A DNA stretch of 64,000 bases, taken from contig JASLBE010000062.1 of assembly GCA_030146705.1 (NCBI GenBank), forward strand, positions 5,321-69,320. The letters are read 5' to 3'. A program made the translations under genes and the position numbers. Source of the DNA: Tissierellales bacterium (GTDB lineage Bacteria > Bacillota > Clostridia > Tissierellales > Tissierellaceae). The notes beneath the pieces are model-generated. The model was not told the origin of the DNA and ran no database searches. It saw only the letters and a list, made by a program, of their open reading frames with translations. This document shows, one piece after another, positions 36,847-45,724 of the stretch. Position 1 is the first letter of the stretch; every line of letters begins with the position of its first letter.

Positions 36847-37959
36847 TTGTTTAGTAATTATATTTTGCCACTACTAGTATCTTTCCTTATAGCTTTTATA
36901 GCTACACCAGTTGTGAGGAAGATAGCCATAAAAGTGGGAGCAGTAGATATACCTAAAGACAACAGAAGAATGCATAAAAAGCCAATTCCATTTTTAGGTG
37001 GAGTGGCAATATATATTGCTACAGTTATGGGGATATTGATTTTTATGCCACTTAAAAGTTCCACCACCCTAGCCTTTATCTTAGGTGGAACACTAATAAT
37101 GTTAACTGGTTTAATAGATGACTTTATGGACCTAAGCCCCAAGAAAAAGCTCTTGCTTCAAATTATAGGAGCCTTTATCTTGGTCTTAGGTGGAGTTACT
37201 ATTAAGACCCTAACCTATCCATTTACAGCAAGTGGAACAAATAAGGTCATACAATTAACAACTGGATTTTCACTAGTAATAACTATTTTTTGGATAGTTG
37301 GTATTACAAATACAATCAACCTAATAGATGGTCTAGATGGACTATCAGCAGGAGTTACAGCTATTTCTAGCATAACTCTTATGGTTGTTGCCTATAAGCT
37401 AGGCTATAAGGAAACAGTTGTAATATCGGGGATACTAGCAGGGAGTACCCTGGGATTTTTACCCTATAATTTTAACCCAGCCAAGATATTTATGGGAGAT
37501 GCAGGAGCCTTATTTTTAGGCTATATGCTCTCAGCCATTTCCATAGAAGGGGTTATGAAGTCTTCAGCTGCCATAGCCGTAGTAGTTCCAATAATGATAC
37601 TGGGAATACCAATTTTTGATACCACCTTTGCTATTTGCAGGAGGTTGGCTAAGGGACAGCACCCAATGCAGGCAGACAAGGGACACCTCCACCATAGACT
37701 CTTAAGGAGGGGCTACTCCCAAAGGCAGACTGTAATGATACTTTATGGAATATCTATGCTTTTTGGTGCCATAGCCATATCAATTACTAGGGTTAATAGT
37801 AGGAAATCAGTAGAGTTATCCCTAATATTATTTTTGGCAGCCATAATATTTGCAGTTGCAATAGGAAGGTTTGAAAAAAAAAGAGAAGAAAAAGATGAGA
37901 CTAGTAAGATAGAAGATAAGAGCTTTGGAGAAAAGATACAAAGAGATAAGAAAGCTTAG
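36847..37959 (+). CDS. tagO: Undecaprenyl-phosphate N-acetylglucosaminyl-1-phosphate transferase (WecA/TagO, MraY family)
   Basis: TTG start. DIPKDNRRMHKKPIP, NTINLIDGLDGL, FMGDAGALFLG and HLHHRL motifs. Lys/Glu-rich C-terminal tail. Confidence 0.85.
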   Translation: MFSNYILPLLVSFLIAFIATPVVRKIAIKVGAVDIPKDNRRMHKKPIPFLGGVAIYIATVMGILIFMPLKSSTTLAFILGGTLIMLTGLIDDFMDLSPKKKLLLQIIGAFILVLGGVTIKTLTYPFTASGTNKVIQLTTGFSLVITIFWIVGITNTINLIDGLDGLSAGVTAISSITLMVVAYKLGYKETVVISGILAGSTLGFLPYNFNPAKIFMGDAGALFLGYMLSAISIEGVMKSSAAIAVVVPIMILGIPIFDTTFAICRRLAKGQHPMQADKGHLHHRLLRRGYSQRQTVMILYGISMLFGAIAISITRVNSRKSVELSLILFLAAIIFAVAIGRFEKKREEKDETSKIEDKSFGEKIQRDKKA

Positions 37960-37970
37960 GAGGTATTTAC

Positions 37971-39080
37971 ATGAAGGTTATGACTGTATTTGGGACCAGG
38001 CCAGAGGGAATAAAAATGGCTCCTATTGTTAAGGAACTAGAAAAAAGAGAGGGTGTTGAGTCAATAGTATGTATAACTGCCCAGCATAGGGAAATGTTAG
38101 ACCAGGTACTTGACTTGTTTGAAATAAAACCCAACTATGACTTAAACATATTTAAGCCAGGCCAGACCCTGACAGATATTACCAACAAGGCCCTTAAGGG
38201 CTTGGAAGATGTAATAAAGAAGGAAAGACCAGATGTACTTTTGGTCCAAGGTGATACAACAACAGTTTTCGCAGGAGCCCTAGCAGGCTTTTACCAAAGA
38301 GTTAAAATAGGCCATGTTGAGGCAGGGCTTAGGAGTGGTAACATATACTCACCCTATCCAGAAGAAGCAAACAGGAAGATGACTGGAATTATTACAAACT
38401 ATCATTTTGCACCTACTAGGAGGAATAAGGATAACTTATTGAAAGAAGGTTATACTAGTGATAACATATATATAACAGGGAACACTGTTATAGATGCACT
38501 TAAATATACAGTGAAGGATGATTATGAATTCCAAATGGACTTACTTAACAATTTGGACTATGATAAGAGTAGGATGATACTTTTAACAGCCCATAGGAGA
38601 GAAAACCTAGGAAGGCCAATGGAAAATATTTTTACGGCTATTAAGGACATAGTTAATAAGTATGATGATGTAGAAGTTATTTTCCCAATCCATTTAAATC
38701 CAAAGGTTAGGGAAATAGCCAACAGGATATTAAAGCATAAGAGGATCCATATGGTTGAACCAATGGACTATGAGCCATTTACCAACCTTATGGCTAGGGT
38801 AGACCTAGTTGTAACTGATTCTGGTGGACTTCAAGAAGAGGCACCAACCCTTGGAAAGCCAGTTTTAGTAGTTAGGGAGGAAACAGAAAGACCAGAAGGT
38901 ATAGAGTCTGGTACAGCTAAACTTGTTGGAACTAATTATAAAAATATTTATGAAGAGTTAGATAATCTTCTATCAAACCCTGATGAATACAAAAATATGG
39001 CCAATGCAGTAAACCCTTATGGTGATGGGCAGGCGGCCAAAAAAATAGTTGATGTTTTACTAGAAGATTTTAAAAAATAA
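37971..39080 (+). CDS. mnaA: UDP-N-acetylglucosamine 2-epimerase (non-hydrolysing)
   Basis: FGTRPEGIKMAP, VQGDTTT, HVEAGLRS, LLTAHRREN and TDSGGLQEEAP.LGKPVLV.R..TERPE. Confidence 0.93.
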   Translation: MKVMTVFGTRPEGIKMAPIVKELEKREGVESIVCITAQHREMLDQVLDLFEIKPNYDLNIFKPGQTLTDITNKALKGLEDVIKKERPDVLLVQGDTTTVFAGALAGFYQRVKIGHVEAGLRSGNIYSPYPEEANRKMTGIITNYHFAPTRRNKDNLLKEGYTSDNIYITGNTVIDALKYTVKDDYEFQMDLLNNLDYDKSRMILLTAHRRENLGRPMENIFTAIKDIVNKYDDVEVIFPIHLNPKVREIANRILKHKRIHMVEPMDYEPFTNLMARVDLVVTDSGGLQEEAPTLGKPVLVVREETERPEGIESGTAKLVGTNYKNIYEELDNLLSNPDEYKNMANAVNPYGDGQAAKKIVDVLLEDFKK

Positions 39081-39111
39081 GTGGAACTAAGGTTTCTGGA
39101 GTTGATTTGAG

Positions 39112-40494
39112 ATGGATAAAAGGCTTAAGGAGCTTAGTAGAAGCATAAGGATGATAGAAGGTATATTAAATTATGCTTATGAAGGCTATGTTTTAGTGGA
39201 CTCAGAGGGAAAGGTAGTTATGATGCAGTATGATAAGCTACTAGGCATTGAAGAAGAAGGGGCTGTTGGAAGACCTGTAGAGGATATTATAGAAAATACT
39301 AGGATGCATATTGTGGTAAAAACTGGGGTTGAAGAAATTAGGCATGTCCAGAGAATCCAGGGCCACGATATGATAACAAACAGGATACCTATTATTATAG
39401 ATGGTAAGATAATAGGTGGTCTTGGAACAGTTCTCTTTAAAGACATAGATGAGATGAAGGACCTGGCCCATAAATTACTGGACCTCCAGTCTAGGATAAA
39501 TAAATATCAAGTAGAGTTAAAAAGGATAGAGGGTGTTGAGCATTCATTTGACAATATTTTAACAAAGAATCCTAAAATGACCTATTTAAAGAGCATAGGG
39601 AAAAAGGCAGCAGAAACTAATTCTACTGTTTTAATTACAGGAGAAAGTGGAACTGGTAAGGAACTTTTTGCCCAGGCTATCCATAAGGCTAGTTATAGGA
39701 AAGATGGACCCTTCATAGCCATAAATTGTGGGGCTATTCCAAAAGGATTAATTGAAGCTGAACTTTTTGGGTATAAAGAAGGTGCATTCACTGGAGCTAG
39801 TGAAAAGGGGAAAATAGGAAAATTTGAGATGGCATCTGGAGGGACCTTATTCCTGGATGAAATAGGGAATATGTCTTTAGATATGCAGGTTAAACTCCTA
39901 AGGGTTTTAGAGACTAAAGAGTTTGATCCGATTGGTGGTAATGAAAAAATAGACTTAGATGCAAGGATTATTGCTGCTACAAATGAGAATTTGGAAGAAG
40001 AAATAAAACTTGGAAATTTCAGGGAGGACCTTTACTATAGGTTAAATGTAATTTCAATTGATATCCCTCCTTTAAGAGAGCGGCTTGAAGATGTAGAGAT
40101 AATTGCAGAAAGTATAATAGATAAGTTATCTTTAGAAATGGACATAGACAAAAAAATAATGACTAAAGAGGCCTTGGATATCCTATCTAGTTATGATTGG
40201 CCAGGCAATGTAAGAGAGCTTAGGAATATACTAGAGAGGGCTATGACCCTATCTAGTAGTAAACATATAAGACCGCAGGACATAGCTGAAAGAGTCCTAT
40301 ACAAGACCAATAATGATAGGTATTTGAGCCTGGGTCTAGGTAGCAAGACCCTAGATGAAATAGTTGAGGAAACAGAAAAAAATGCCATCTTGGCTGCCCT
40401 AGAAATTTGCAAGGGCAATAAGACTGAAGTGGCCAAGCTTTTGGGTATTCATAGGACATCTTTATATAGACGGATGGATAAATATAAGATATAA
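39112..40494 (+). CDS. Sigma-54-dependent transcriptional activator with an N-terminal PAS-like sensor (no receiver domain)
   Basis: ~130-aa N-terminal sensory region. AAA+ core with Walker A VLITGESGTGKE, the sigma-54 contact loop EGAFTGA, LFLDEIG and RVLE. C-terminal Fis-type HTH (KTEVAKLLGIHRTSLYRRMDKY). Confidence 0.9.
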   Translation: MDKRLKELSRSIRMIEGILNYAYEGYVLVDSEGKVVMMQYDKLLGIEEEGAVGRPVEDIIENTRMHIVVKTGVEEIRHVQRIQGHDMITNRIPIIIDGKIIGGLGTVLFKDIDEMKDLAHKLLDLQSRINKYQVELKRIEGVEHSFDNILTKNPKMTYLKSIGKKAAETNSTVLITGESGTGKELFAQAIHKASYRKDGPFIAINCGAIPKGLIEAELFGYKEGAFTGASEKGKIGKFEMASGGTLFLDEIGNMSLDMQVKLLRVLETKEFDPIGGNEKIDLDARIIAATNENLEEEIKLGNFREDLYYRLNVISIDIPPLRERLEDVEIIAESIIDKLSLEMDIDKKIMTKEALDILSSYDWPGNVRELRNILERAMTLSSSKHIRPQDIAERVLYKTNNDRYLSLGLGSKTLDEIVEETEKNAILAALEICKGNKTEVAKLLGIHRTSLYRRMDKYKI

Positions 40495-40546
40495 TTATCG
40501 TACATATACCGATACACCGATAAATTATAGGTGTATCTATTTATGT

Positions 40547-40586
40547 ACAAAATAGAGTGATAAATTTAATTATTGTTCTATTTTGT
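40547..40586. promoter_or_regulatory. Candidate upstream activator site: inverted repeat ACAAAATAGA-N20-TCTATTTTGT
   Basis: Perfect 10-bp arms at 40547-40556 and 40577-40586, centred about 125 bp upstream of the -24/-12 element. Confidence 0.45.
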
Positions 40587-40590
40587 CACA

Positions 40591-40615
40591 CAAAAATTTA
40601 TAATATAAATTTTTG
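40591..40615. promoter_or_regulatory. Perfect 25-bp palindrome CAAAAATTTATA-A-TATAAATTTTTG
   Basis: 12+1+12 perfect dyad, checked base by base, about 85 bp upstream of the sigma-54 promoter. Candidate second activator or bending-protein site. Confidence 0.35.
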
Positions 40616-40685
40616 TATAGAAATTCAAATGGCCAAAGGTGTAGTTTTCAAGCTTAGTTATTGATTATTTTATAATTAACAACAT

Positions 40686-40701
40686 TGGCACGAAAAATGC
40701 A
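40686..40701 (+). promoter_or_regulatory. Sigma-54 (-24/-12) promoter of thl-atoDAE
   Basis: TGGCACGAAAAATGCA versus consensus TGGCACG-N4-TTGCW, with GG and GC correctly spaced. Ends 58 nt upstream of the thl ATG, and the activator gene is adjacent. Confidence 0.8.
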
Positions 40702-40758
40702 ACTACACTTATTGTAAGGCTATTGAAAATAAATTTTTTATAAAATAGGAGGATTTGT

Positions 40759-41940
40759 ATGAAAAAAGTAGTAATTGCGTCAGCAGTAAGAACAGCTTTA
40801 GGATCTTTTGGGGGTTCTCTTAAGGACGTACCAGCTGTAGAATTAGGTAGATTAGTAGTAGAAGAAGCTATTAAAAGAGCTAATGTTGAAAAAGACCAAA
40901 TAAACGAATTAATATTTGGTAACGTTTTACAAGCAGGTCTTGGACAAAATGTTGCTAGGCAAGTATCTGTTGCAGCAGGAATACCAATAGAAGTACCTTC
41001 TTATACAATCAATAAAGTATGTGGATCAGGCTTAAAGGCAGTTGCATTAGCAGCTCAAGCTATCTTAGCTGGAGATGCTGAAATAGTTGTAGCTGGTGGT
41101 ACTGAAAACATGAGTAGGGCTCCATACGCTTTAGAAAAAGCTAGATGGGGACAAAGAATGGGAGACGGAAAAATTGTAGACGTTATGATTAAAGACGGTC
41201 TATGGGATGCTTTCAACAATTACCATATGGGAATGACAGCTGAAAACATTGCAGAACAATGGAACTTAACTAGGGAAATGCAAGATGAATTTGCAGCTAA
41301 CAGTCAAAACAAGGCTGAAGCAGCTATAAAAGCTGGTAAGTTCAAAGATGAAATTGTTCCAGTTGAAATCCCACAAAGAAAAGGGGATCCTGTAATATTT
41401 GATACTGACGAGTTTGTAAGATTCGGAGTAACTGCAGAAGCAATTTCTAAATTAAGACCAGCATTCAAAAGAGATGGTGGTACAGTAACAGCAGCTAATG
41501 CTTCAGGAATAAACGATGGTGCAGCAGCATTTGTAGTAATGACTGAAGAAAAAGCTAAGGAATTAGGAATAGAACCATTAGCTACTATAGCTTCTTATGC
41601 TTCAGCAGGTGTTGACCCAAGTATAATGGGAACTGGACCAATTCCATCAAGTAGATTAGCTATGGAAAAAGCTGGTATAACAGTAGAAGACTTAGACTTA
41701 ATAGAAGCTAACGAAGCTTTCGCAGCTCAATCATTAGCAGTAGCTAAGGATTTAAACTTCGATATGTCTAAAGTAAACGTTAATGGTGGAGCAATTGCTA
41801 TAGGTCACCCTATAGGAGCTTCAGGTGCTAGAATATTAGTTACTTTACTACACGAAATGAAAAAACGTGATTCTAAAAAAGGTCTTGCTACACTTTGTAT
41901 AGGTGGAGGACAAGGAATCGCTATGGTAGTTGAAAGATAA
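40759..41940 (+). CDS. thlA: Acetyl-CoA C-acetyltransferase (thiolase II)
   Basis: [12 protein letters not shown] (active-site Cys), [11 protein letters not shown], the [21 protein letters not shown] block and CIGGGQG. Confidence 0.95.
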   Translation: MKKVVIASAVRTALGSFGGSLKDVPAVELGRLVVEEAIKRANVEKDQINELIFGNVLQAGLGQNVARQVSVAAGIPIEVPSYTINKVCGSGLKAVALAAQAILAGDAEIVVAGGTENMSRAPYALEKARWGQRMGDGKIVDVMIKDGLWDAFNNYHMGMTAENIAEQWNLTREMQDEFAANSQNKAEAAIKAGKFKDEIVPVEIPQRKGDPVIFDTDEFVRFGVTAEAISKLRPAFKRDGGTVTAANASGINDGAAAFVVMTEEKAKELGIEPLATIASYASAGVDPSIMGTGPIPSSRLAMEKAGITVEDLDLIEANEAFAAQSLAVAKDLNFDMSKVNVNGGAIAIGHPIGASGARILVTLLHEMKKRDSKKGLATLCIGGGQGIAMVVER

Positions 41941-41965
41941 TATAATTATTTAATAAAAAAATACC

Positions 41966-42007
41966 ATCAAACTTAATAAGTCGGCTTGCCCGGCTTATTG
42001 GTTTGAT
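41966..42007 (+). other. Long imperfect hairpin between thl and atoD, no U tract
   Basis: ATCAAAC..AATAAGTCGG-loop-CCGGCTTATT..GTTTGAT. About 17 paired positions with small internal loops. Confidence 0.5.
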
Positions 42008-42058
42008 ATAATATATATTTGATATACTGAAAACTTATAAAAATAAGGAGGTAATTTT

Positions 42059-42724
42059 GTGAATAAAATAGTGAGCTTAGAAGACGCTTTAAGTCATATA
42101 GAAGATGGTATGACTATAATGGTTGGAGGCTTTTTAAACTGTGGAGCTCCTCTTAGAATTTTAGAAGCTTTAGCAGAAAAAGGAGTTAAAGACTTAACTT
42201 TAATAGGAAATGACACAGGATTTGTTGAAAATGGTGTAGGTAAATTAGTTGTTAACAAACAAATTAAGAACCTTGTTGCTACACATATAGGAACAAACAG
42301 GGAAACTGGTAACCAAATGAACTCTGGTGAAATGAATGTAACTTTAGTTCCTCAAGGAACTTTAGCTGAAAGAGTTAGGTCAGCAGCAGCTGGACTTGGC
42401 GGTTTCTTAACACCAACTGGAATTGGTACAATCGTAGAAGAAGGAAAAGAAAAAATAACTGTTGATGGTAAGGAATATATACTAGAAAAACCTATAAGAG
42501 CAGATGTTGCTTTAATAGTTGGTCATTCAGTTGATAAATCTGGAAACATAGTTTACAGAGGAGCTACAAGAAACTTTAACGAACTTATGGCTGGTGCAGC
42601 TGATGTAGTTATAGTTGAAGCAGAAGAGATTGTTGAAGTAGGAGAATTAGATCCAGCTCATGTTGTGACTCCTGGTATATTTGTTGATTATATAGTAGAC
42701 GGAGGTGCACTAGATAATGAATAA
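42059..42724 (+). CDS. atoD: Acetate/butyrate:acetoacetate CoA-transferase subunit A
   Basis: GTG start. [10 protein letters not shown] and [25 protein letters not shown] motifs. 221 aa. Confidence 0.92.
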   Translation: MNKIVSLEDALSHIEDGMTIMVGGFLNCGAPLRILEALAEKGVKDLTLIGNDTGFVENGVGKLVVNKQIKNLVATHIGTNRETGNQMNSGEMNVTLVPQGTLAERVRSAAAGLGGFLTPTGIGTIVEEGKEKITVDGKEYILEKPIRADVALIVGHSVDKSGNIVYRGATRNFNELMAGAADVVIVEAEEIVEVGELDPAHVVTPGIFVDYIVDGGALDNE

Positions 42725-43373
42725 TAAAGAAATTATTACAAGAAGAGTAGCTAAAGAAGTACAAGATGGTGATGTTGTTAACTTAGGTATAGGAATGCCA
42801 ACTATGGTTGCTAACTATCTAGAAGATGGTGTAGAGGCTATGTTCCAATCAGAAAATGGTTTCTTAGGAATAGGACCTGCTCCTAAAGAAGGAGAAGAAG
42901 ACTGGGATATAGTAAATGCTGGTGGACAACCTTCTTCAATAAAACCTGGAGGAATGTTCTTTGATTCAGCAACTTCTTTCTTAATAATTCGTGGTGGACA
43001 CGTTGATATGACTGTTTTAGGTGCCCTACAAGTTGACCAAGAAGGTAACTTAGCTAACTGGATGATTCCAGGAAAAATGGTTCCAGGAATGGGTGGAGCT
43101 ATGGACTTAGTTGTTGGAGCTAAAAAAGTTATAGTAGCTATGGAACACTTAACTAAAAAAGGAGAGCACAAAATCCTTAAAAAGTGTGAATTACCATTAA
43201 CAGCTGCTAACCAAGTTAATATGATAGTAACAGAAATGGGAGTTATGGAAGTAACTGACAAGGGCTTAGTATTAACTGAAATAAATGAAGATTATACAGT
43301 TGAACAAGTTAAGGAAGCTACTGGTGCAGACTTAATAATTGCTGATGATCTTAAGAAAATGGATTATATGTAA
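42717..43373 (+). CDS. atoA: Acetate/butyrate:acetoacetate CoA-transferase subunit B
   Basis: VNLGIGMPT and the catalytic-Glu motif [17 protein letters not shown]. Overlaps the atoD stop. Confidence 0.92.
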   Translation: MNNKEIITRRVAKEVQDGDVVNLGIGMPTMVANYLEDGVEAMFQSENGFLGIGPAPKEGEEDWDIVNAGGQPSSIKPGGMFFDSATSFLIIRGGHVDMTVLGALQVDQEGNLANWMIPGKMVPGMGGAMDLVVGAKKVIVAMEHLTKKGEHKILKKCELPLTAANQVNMIVTEMGVMEVTDKGLVLTEINEDYTVEQVKEATGADLIIADDLKKMDYM

Positions 43374-43398
43374 AATATAATATAAATATTACTAGTGA

Positions 43399-43422
43399 GG
43401 CGCTTATGTTTTCATAAGCGCC
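43399..43422 (+). other. Perfect 10-bp hairpin between atoA and atoE, no U tract
   Basis: GGCGCTTATG-TTTT-CATAAGCGCC. Confidence 0.5.
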
Positions 43423-43484
43423 ATATCTAGGTGTCTAGTTTTAAATAGAATCTCTCAAACAAATACAAATTAAGGAGGGTATTT

Positions 43485-44855
43485 ATGTTTCAAAAATTAA
43501 CAAACTTTTTTGTATCCTTGGTACAAAAATATTTACCAGATGCATTTTTATTTGCTATATTCTTGACTATAGCAACCCTGATTTTAGGGGTAGTATTTAC
43601 AGGCCAAACACCATTAGCAATGATAGAACATTGGGGAAATGGAGTTTGGGAACTTTTAGCCTTTTCAATGCAAATGACCCTAGTATTAGTTACAGGTCAT
43701 GCCTTGGCAAGTTCCAACCTAATAAAAAAAGGGCTTAAGAATATGACCAAGCCGGTCAATACTCCTGAACAAGCCATATTTTGGGTGTCACTAGTTTCAG
43801 CAATAGCTTGTTGGTTAAACTGGGGATTTGGACTTGTAATAGGAGCCCTATATGCTAGGGAAATAGCAAAGAAAGTAAAAAATGTAGACTACAGACTTTT
43901 AATCGCAGCAGCTTATTCAGGTTTCGTAGTTTGGCATGCAGGTATATCAGCATCTATTCCTTTAACTCTTGCTTCAAAGGATATAGACCTAGGATTACAA
44001 ACAGCAGGTGCTGTTACTAACCATATACCAACAACACAAACAATATTTTCACCAGTAAATTTAATAATTTCATTTGTAGTAATCCTAACTCTACCACTTT
44101 TAAACAGGGCTATGCACCCAAAGGCAGGCTTAGAAGTAACAGTTGACCCAGCCCTACTAGAAGAGCCAGAAGTGGATGAGGCCTTATTAAGGAATGATAC
44201 ACCAGCAGATAAGATAGAAAACAGTAAATTAATCAGTTTTATAATATTTTTAATTGGACTTATTTATTTAATTGGACATTTTATGAAAAATGGATTCGAC
44301 CTAAACTTAAACATAGTAAACCTTATATTCTTGACCTTTGGTATCTTACTTCACCAAACACCAAGAAACTATGTTTATGCTGTAACAGAAGCTACAAAGG
44401 GAGCGGCAGGAATAATCTTACAATTCCCATTCTATGCAGGAATAATGGGAATGATGACAGGAACTAACCCTGAAACAGGAGCCAACCTAGCTAAGATGAT
44501 TTCTGAATGGTTTGTAAGTGTATCTACACCAAAATCTTTCCCAGTATTTACTTTCTGGGCAGCAGGAATTGTAAACTTCTTTGTTCCTTCAGGAGGAGGA
44601 CAATGGGCAGTTCAGGCACCAATTATGATGCCAGCAGGAAAGGCCCTAGGAGTTTCTCCAGCCCTAACAGGTATATCTATAGCTTGGGGAGATGCTTGGA
44701 CTAATATGATCCAACCATTCTGGGCCCTACCAGCATTAGGTATAGCGGGACTTGGAGCAAGAGATATTATGGGCTTTTGTTTGATGGTATTAATATACAC
44801 AGGTATATTTATATCCCTTGCCTTATATTTCTTGCCAGCAATATTTATGATGTAA
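43485..44855 (+). CDS. atoE: Short-chain fatty acid transporter (AtoE family)
   Basis: 456-aa polytopic protein. N-terminal YLPDAFLFAI.LT and the later FPFYAGIMGMM and GGGQWAVQAPIM blocks resemble AtoE. Operon context with atoDA. Confidence 0.8.
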   Translation: MFQKLTNFFVSLVQKYLPDAFLFAIFLTIATLILGVVFTGQTPLAMIEHWGNGVWELLAFSMQMTLVLVTGHALASSNLIKKGLKNMTKPVNTPEQAIFWVSLVSAIACWLNWGFGLVIGALYAREIAKKVKNVDYRLLIAAAYSGFVVWHAGISASIPLTLASKDIDLGLQTAGAVTNHIPTTQTIFSPVNLIISFVVILTLPLLNRAMHPKAGLEVTVDPALLEEPEVDEALLRNDTPADKIENSKLISFIIFLIGLIYLIGHFMKNGFDLNLNIVNLIFLTFGILLHQTPRNYVYAVTEATKGAAGIILQFPFYAGIMGMMTGTNPETGANLAKMISEWFVSVSTPKSFPVFTFWAAGIVNFFVPSGGGQWAVQAPIMMPAGKALGVSPALTGISIAWGDAWTNMIQPFWALPALGIAGLGARDIMGFCLMVLIYTGIFISLALYFLPAIFMM

Positions 44856-44898
44856 GACAGTTTTATTAAAAAAATAGTGAGAGAGATTTTAAGATAAT

Positions 44899-44930
44899 AA
44901 GGGTATAGGTCCTCCTATACCTTTATTTTT
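44899..44930 (+). terminator. Terminator after atoE
   Basis: AAGGGTATAGG-TCCT-CCTATACCTTT followed by ATTTTT. Confidence 0.85.
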
Positions 44931-45024
44931 ATATAAAATCACTAAAAAATCTAAATACTTAATAAAAAACCAAGATTACCGATTATATTATTGTAAATAC
45001 AGTAGTATAATTACTCTTAGGTGT

Positions 45025-45053
45025 TTGCAAAGTCAGAATATCTTCTATATAAT
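45025..45053 (+). promoter_or_regulatory. Sigma-A promoter of the atp operon
   Basis: TTGCAA (45025-45030), 17-nt spacer, TATAAT (45048-45053). Confidence 0.6.
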
Positions 45054-45101
45054 ATTAATTAAATGACAATAGATATTAGTATTCTAAATTGGAGTGGAAA
45101 T

Positions 45102-45320
45102 ATGAAAAAAAATAAAGGAAACACTTTAAAGTACCTAAGTTTAATAACTCAAGTTGGATTATCATCAATTACACCCTTATTAATGGGAGTTTACATTGGA
45201 AATCTAATAGATAAAAAAATAGGGAAACAAGGTGTTTTTTCGATTATTTTACTTATCTTAGGTGCTATGACAGGAATTTATAATATTTATAAATTAGCTG
45301 GACCAAAGAAAAAGGAGTAG
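45102..45320 (+). CDS. atpZ: AtpZ/ATPase_gene1-like small membrane protein
   Basis: Two TM helices (YLSLITQVGLSSITPLLMGVYIG; VFSIILLILGAMTGIY). First gene of the atp operon. ATG at 45102 chosen because the promoter -10 ends at 45053, which makes the 45063 ATG unlikely. Confidence 0.6.
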   Translation: MKKNKGNTLKYLSLITQVGLSSITPLLMGVYIGNLIDKKIGKQGVFSIILLILGAMTGIYNIYKLAGPKKKE

Positions 45321-45322
45321 CT

Positions 45323-45724
45323 ATGAATAATGATTTAATAAGGGGAATATTCAGAAAAGTGTTACTTTGGAGTATCCCAGTTTTAATTTTAATAATTTTC
45401 CTAACTAAAGATATTAAAGCCGGTATTTTAGGGTATATATTTGGAGTGTTAATATCTTCACTTAACTTCTTACTACTTAAAAAAAGTGTTGAAAAATCAG
45501 TTAGGCTAAGCCCTAGTAATGCATCAAGATATGCAACTGGTCAATACTTTATAAGGATGCTTATATTTTTTGTGGCCCTTACAATAGGTGCCATTGCAGA
45601 TTATTTAAACTTCTTAGGAGTGGTAGTAGGTGTTTTGATGATAAAAGCTGTAATCCTTATATCAAATATTATAGATAGTATTTATGGAAGAAAAAGGATT
45701 AAAAAGAGAGGAGGGGAAAGATGA
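45323..45724 (+). CDS. atpI: ATP synthase protein I
   Basis: 133 aa with four hydrophobic segments, positioned immediately before atpB. Confidence 0.7.
   Translation: MNNDLIRGIFRKVLLWSIPVLILIIFLTKDIKAGILGYIFGVLISSLNFLLLKKSVEKSVRLSPSNASRYATGQYFIRMLIFFVALTIGAIADYLNFLGVVVGVLMIKAVILISNIIDSIYGRKRIKKRGGER

Noticed and set aside
40511-40537. The GATACACC-N11-GGTGTATC hairpin read as the terminator of the sigma-54 activator gene.
   Set aside because: The stem has only 8 bp with an 11-nt loop and is not followed by a U tract. I kept it as one of the candidate operator dyads instead. Read-through from the activator gene into thl cannot be excluded.
40759-43373. Horizontal transfer as the explanation for the atypical codon usage of thl-atoDA (and of kal-kce).
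   Set aside because: atoE in the same operon has the native AGG/CTAG-rich signature. rpmE and the atp genes share the atypical usage. No mobility genes or repeats flank the loci. Expression-linked codon bias explains this more simply.
45063-45101. Longer ORF-track starts: 45063 for atpZ, 50328 for atpD, 62779 for the ABC ATPase, 16808 for the desulfidase and 30886 for the second chrA half.
   Set aside because: In each case a downstream ATG has a properly spaced Shine-Dalgarno sequence, and the N-terminal extension is non-conserved or overlaps a promoter or the RBS itself. Shorter starts are used in the feature table. They remain predictions.
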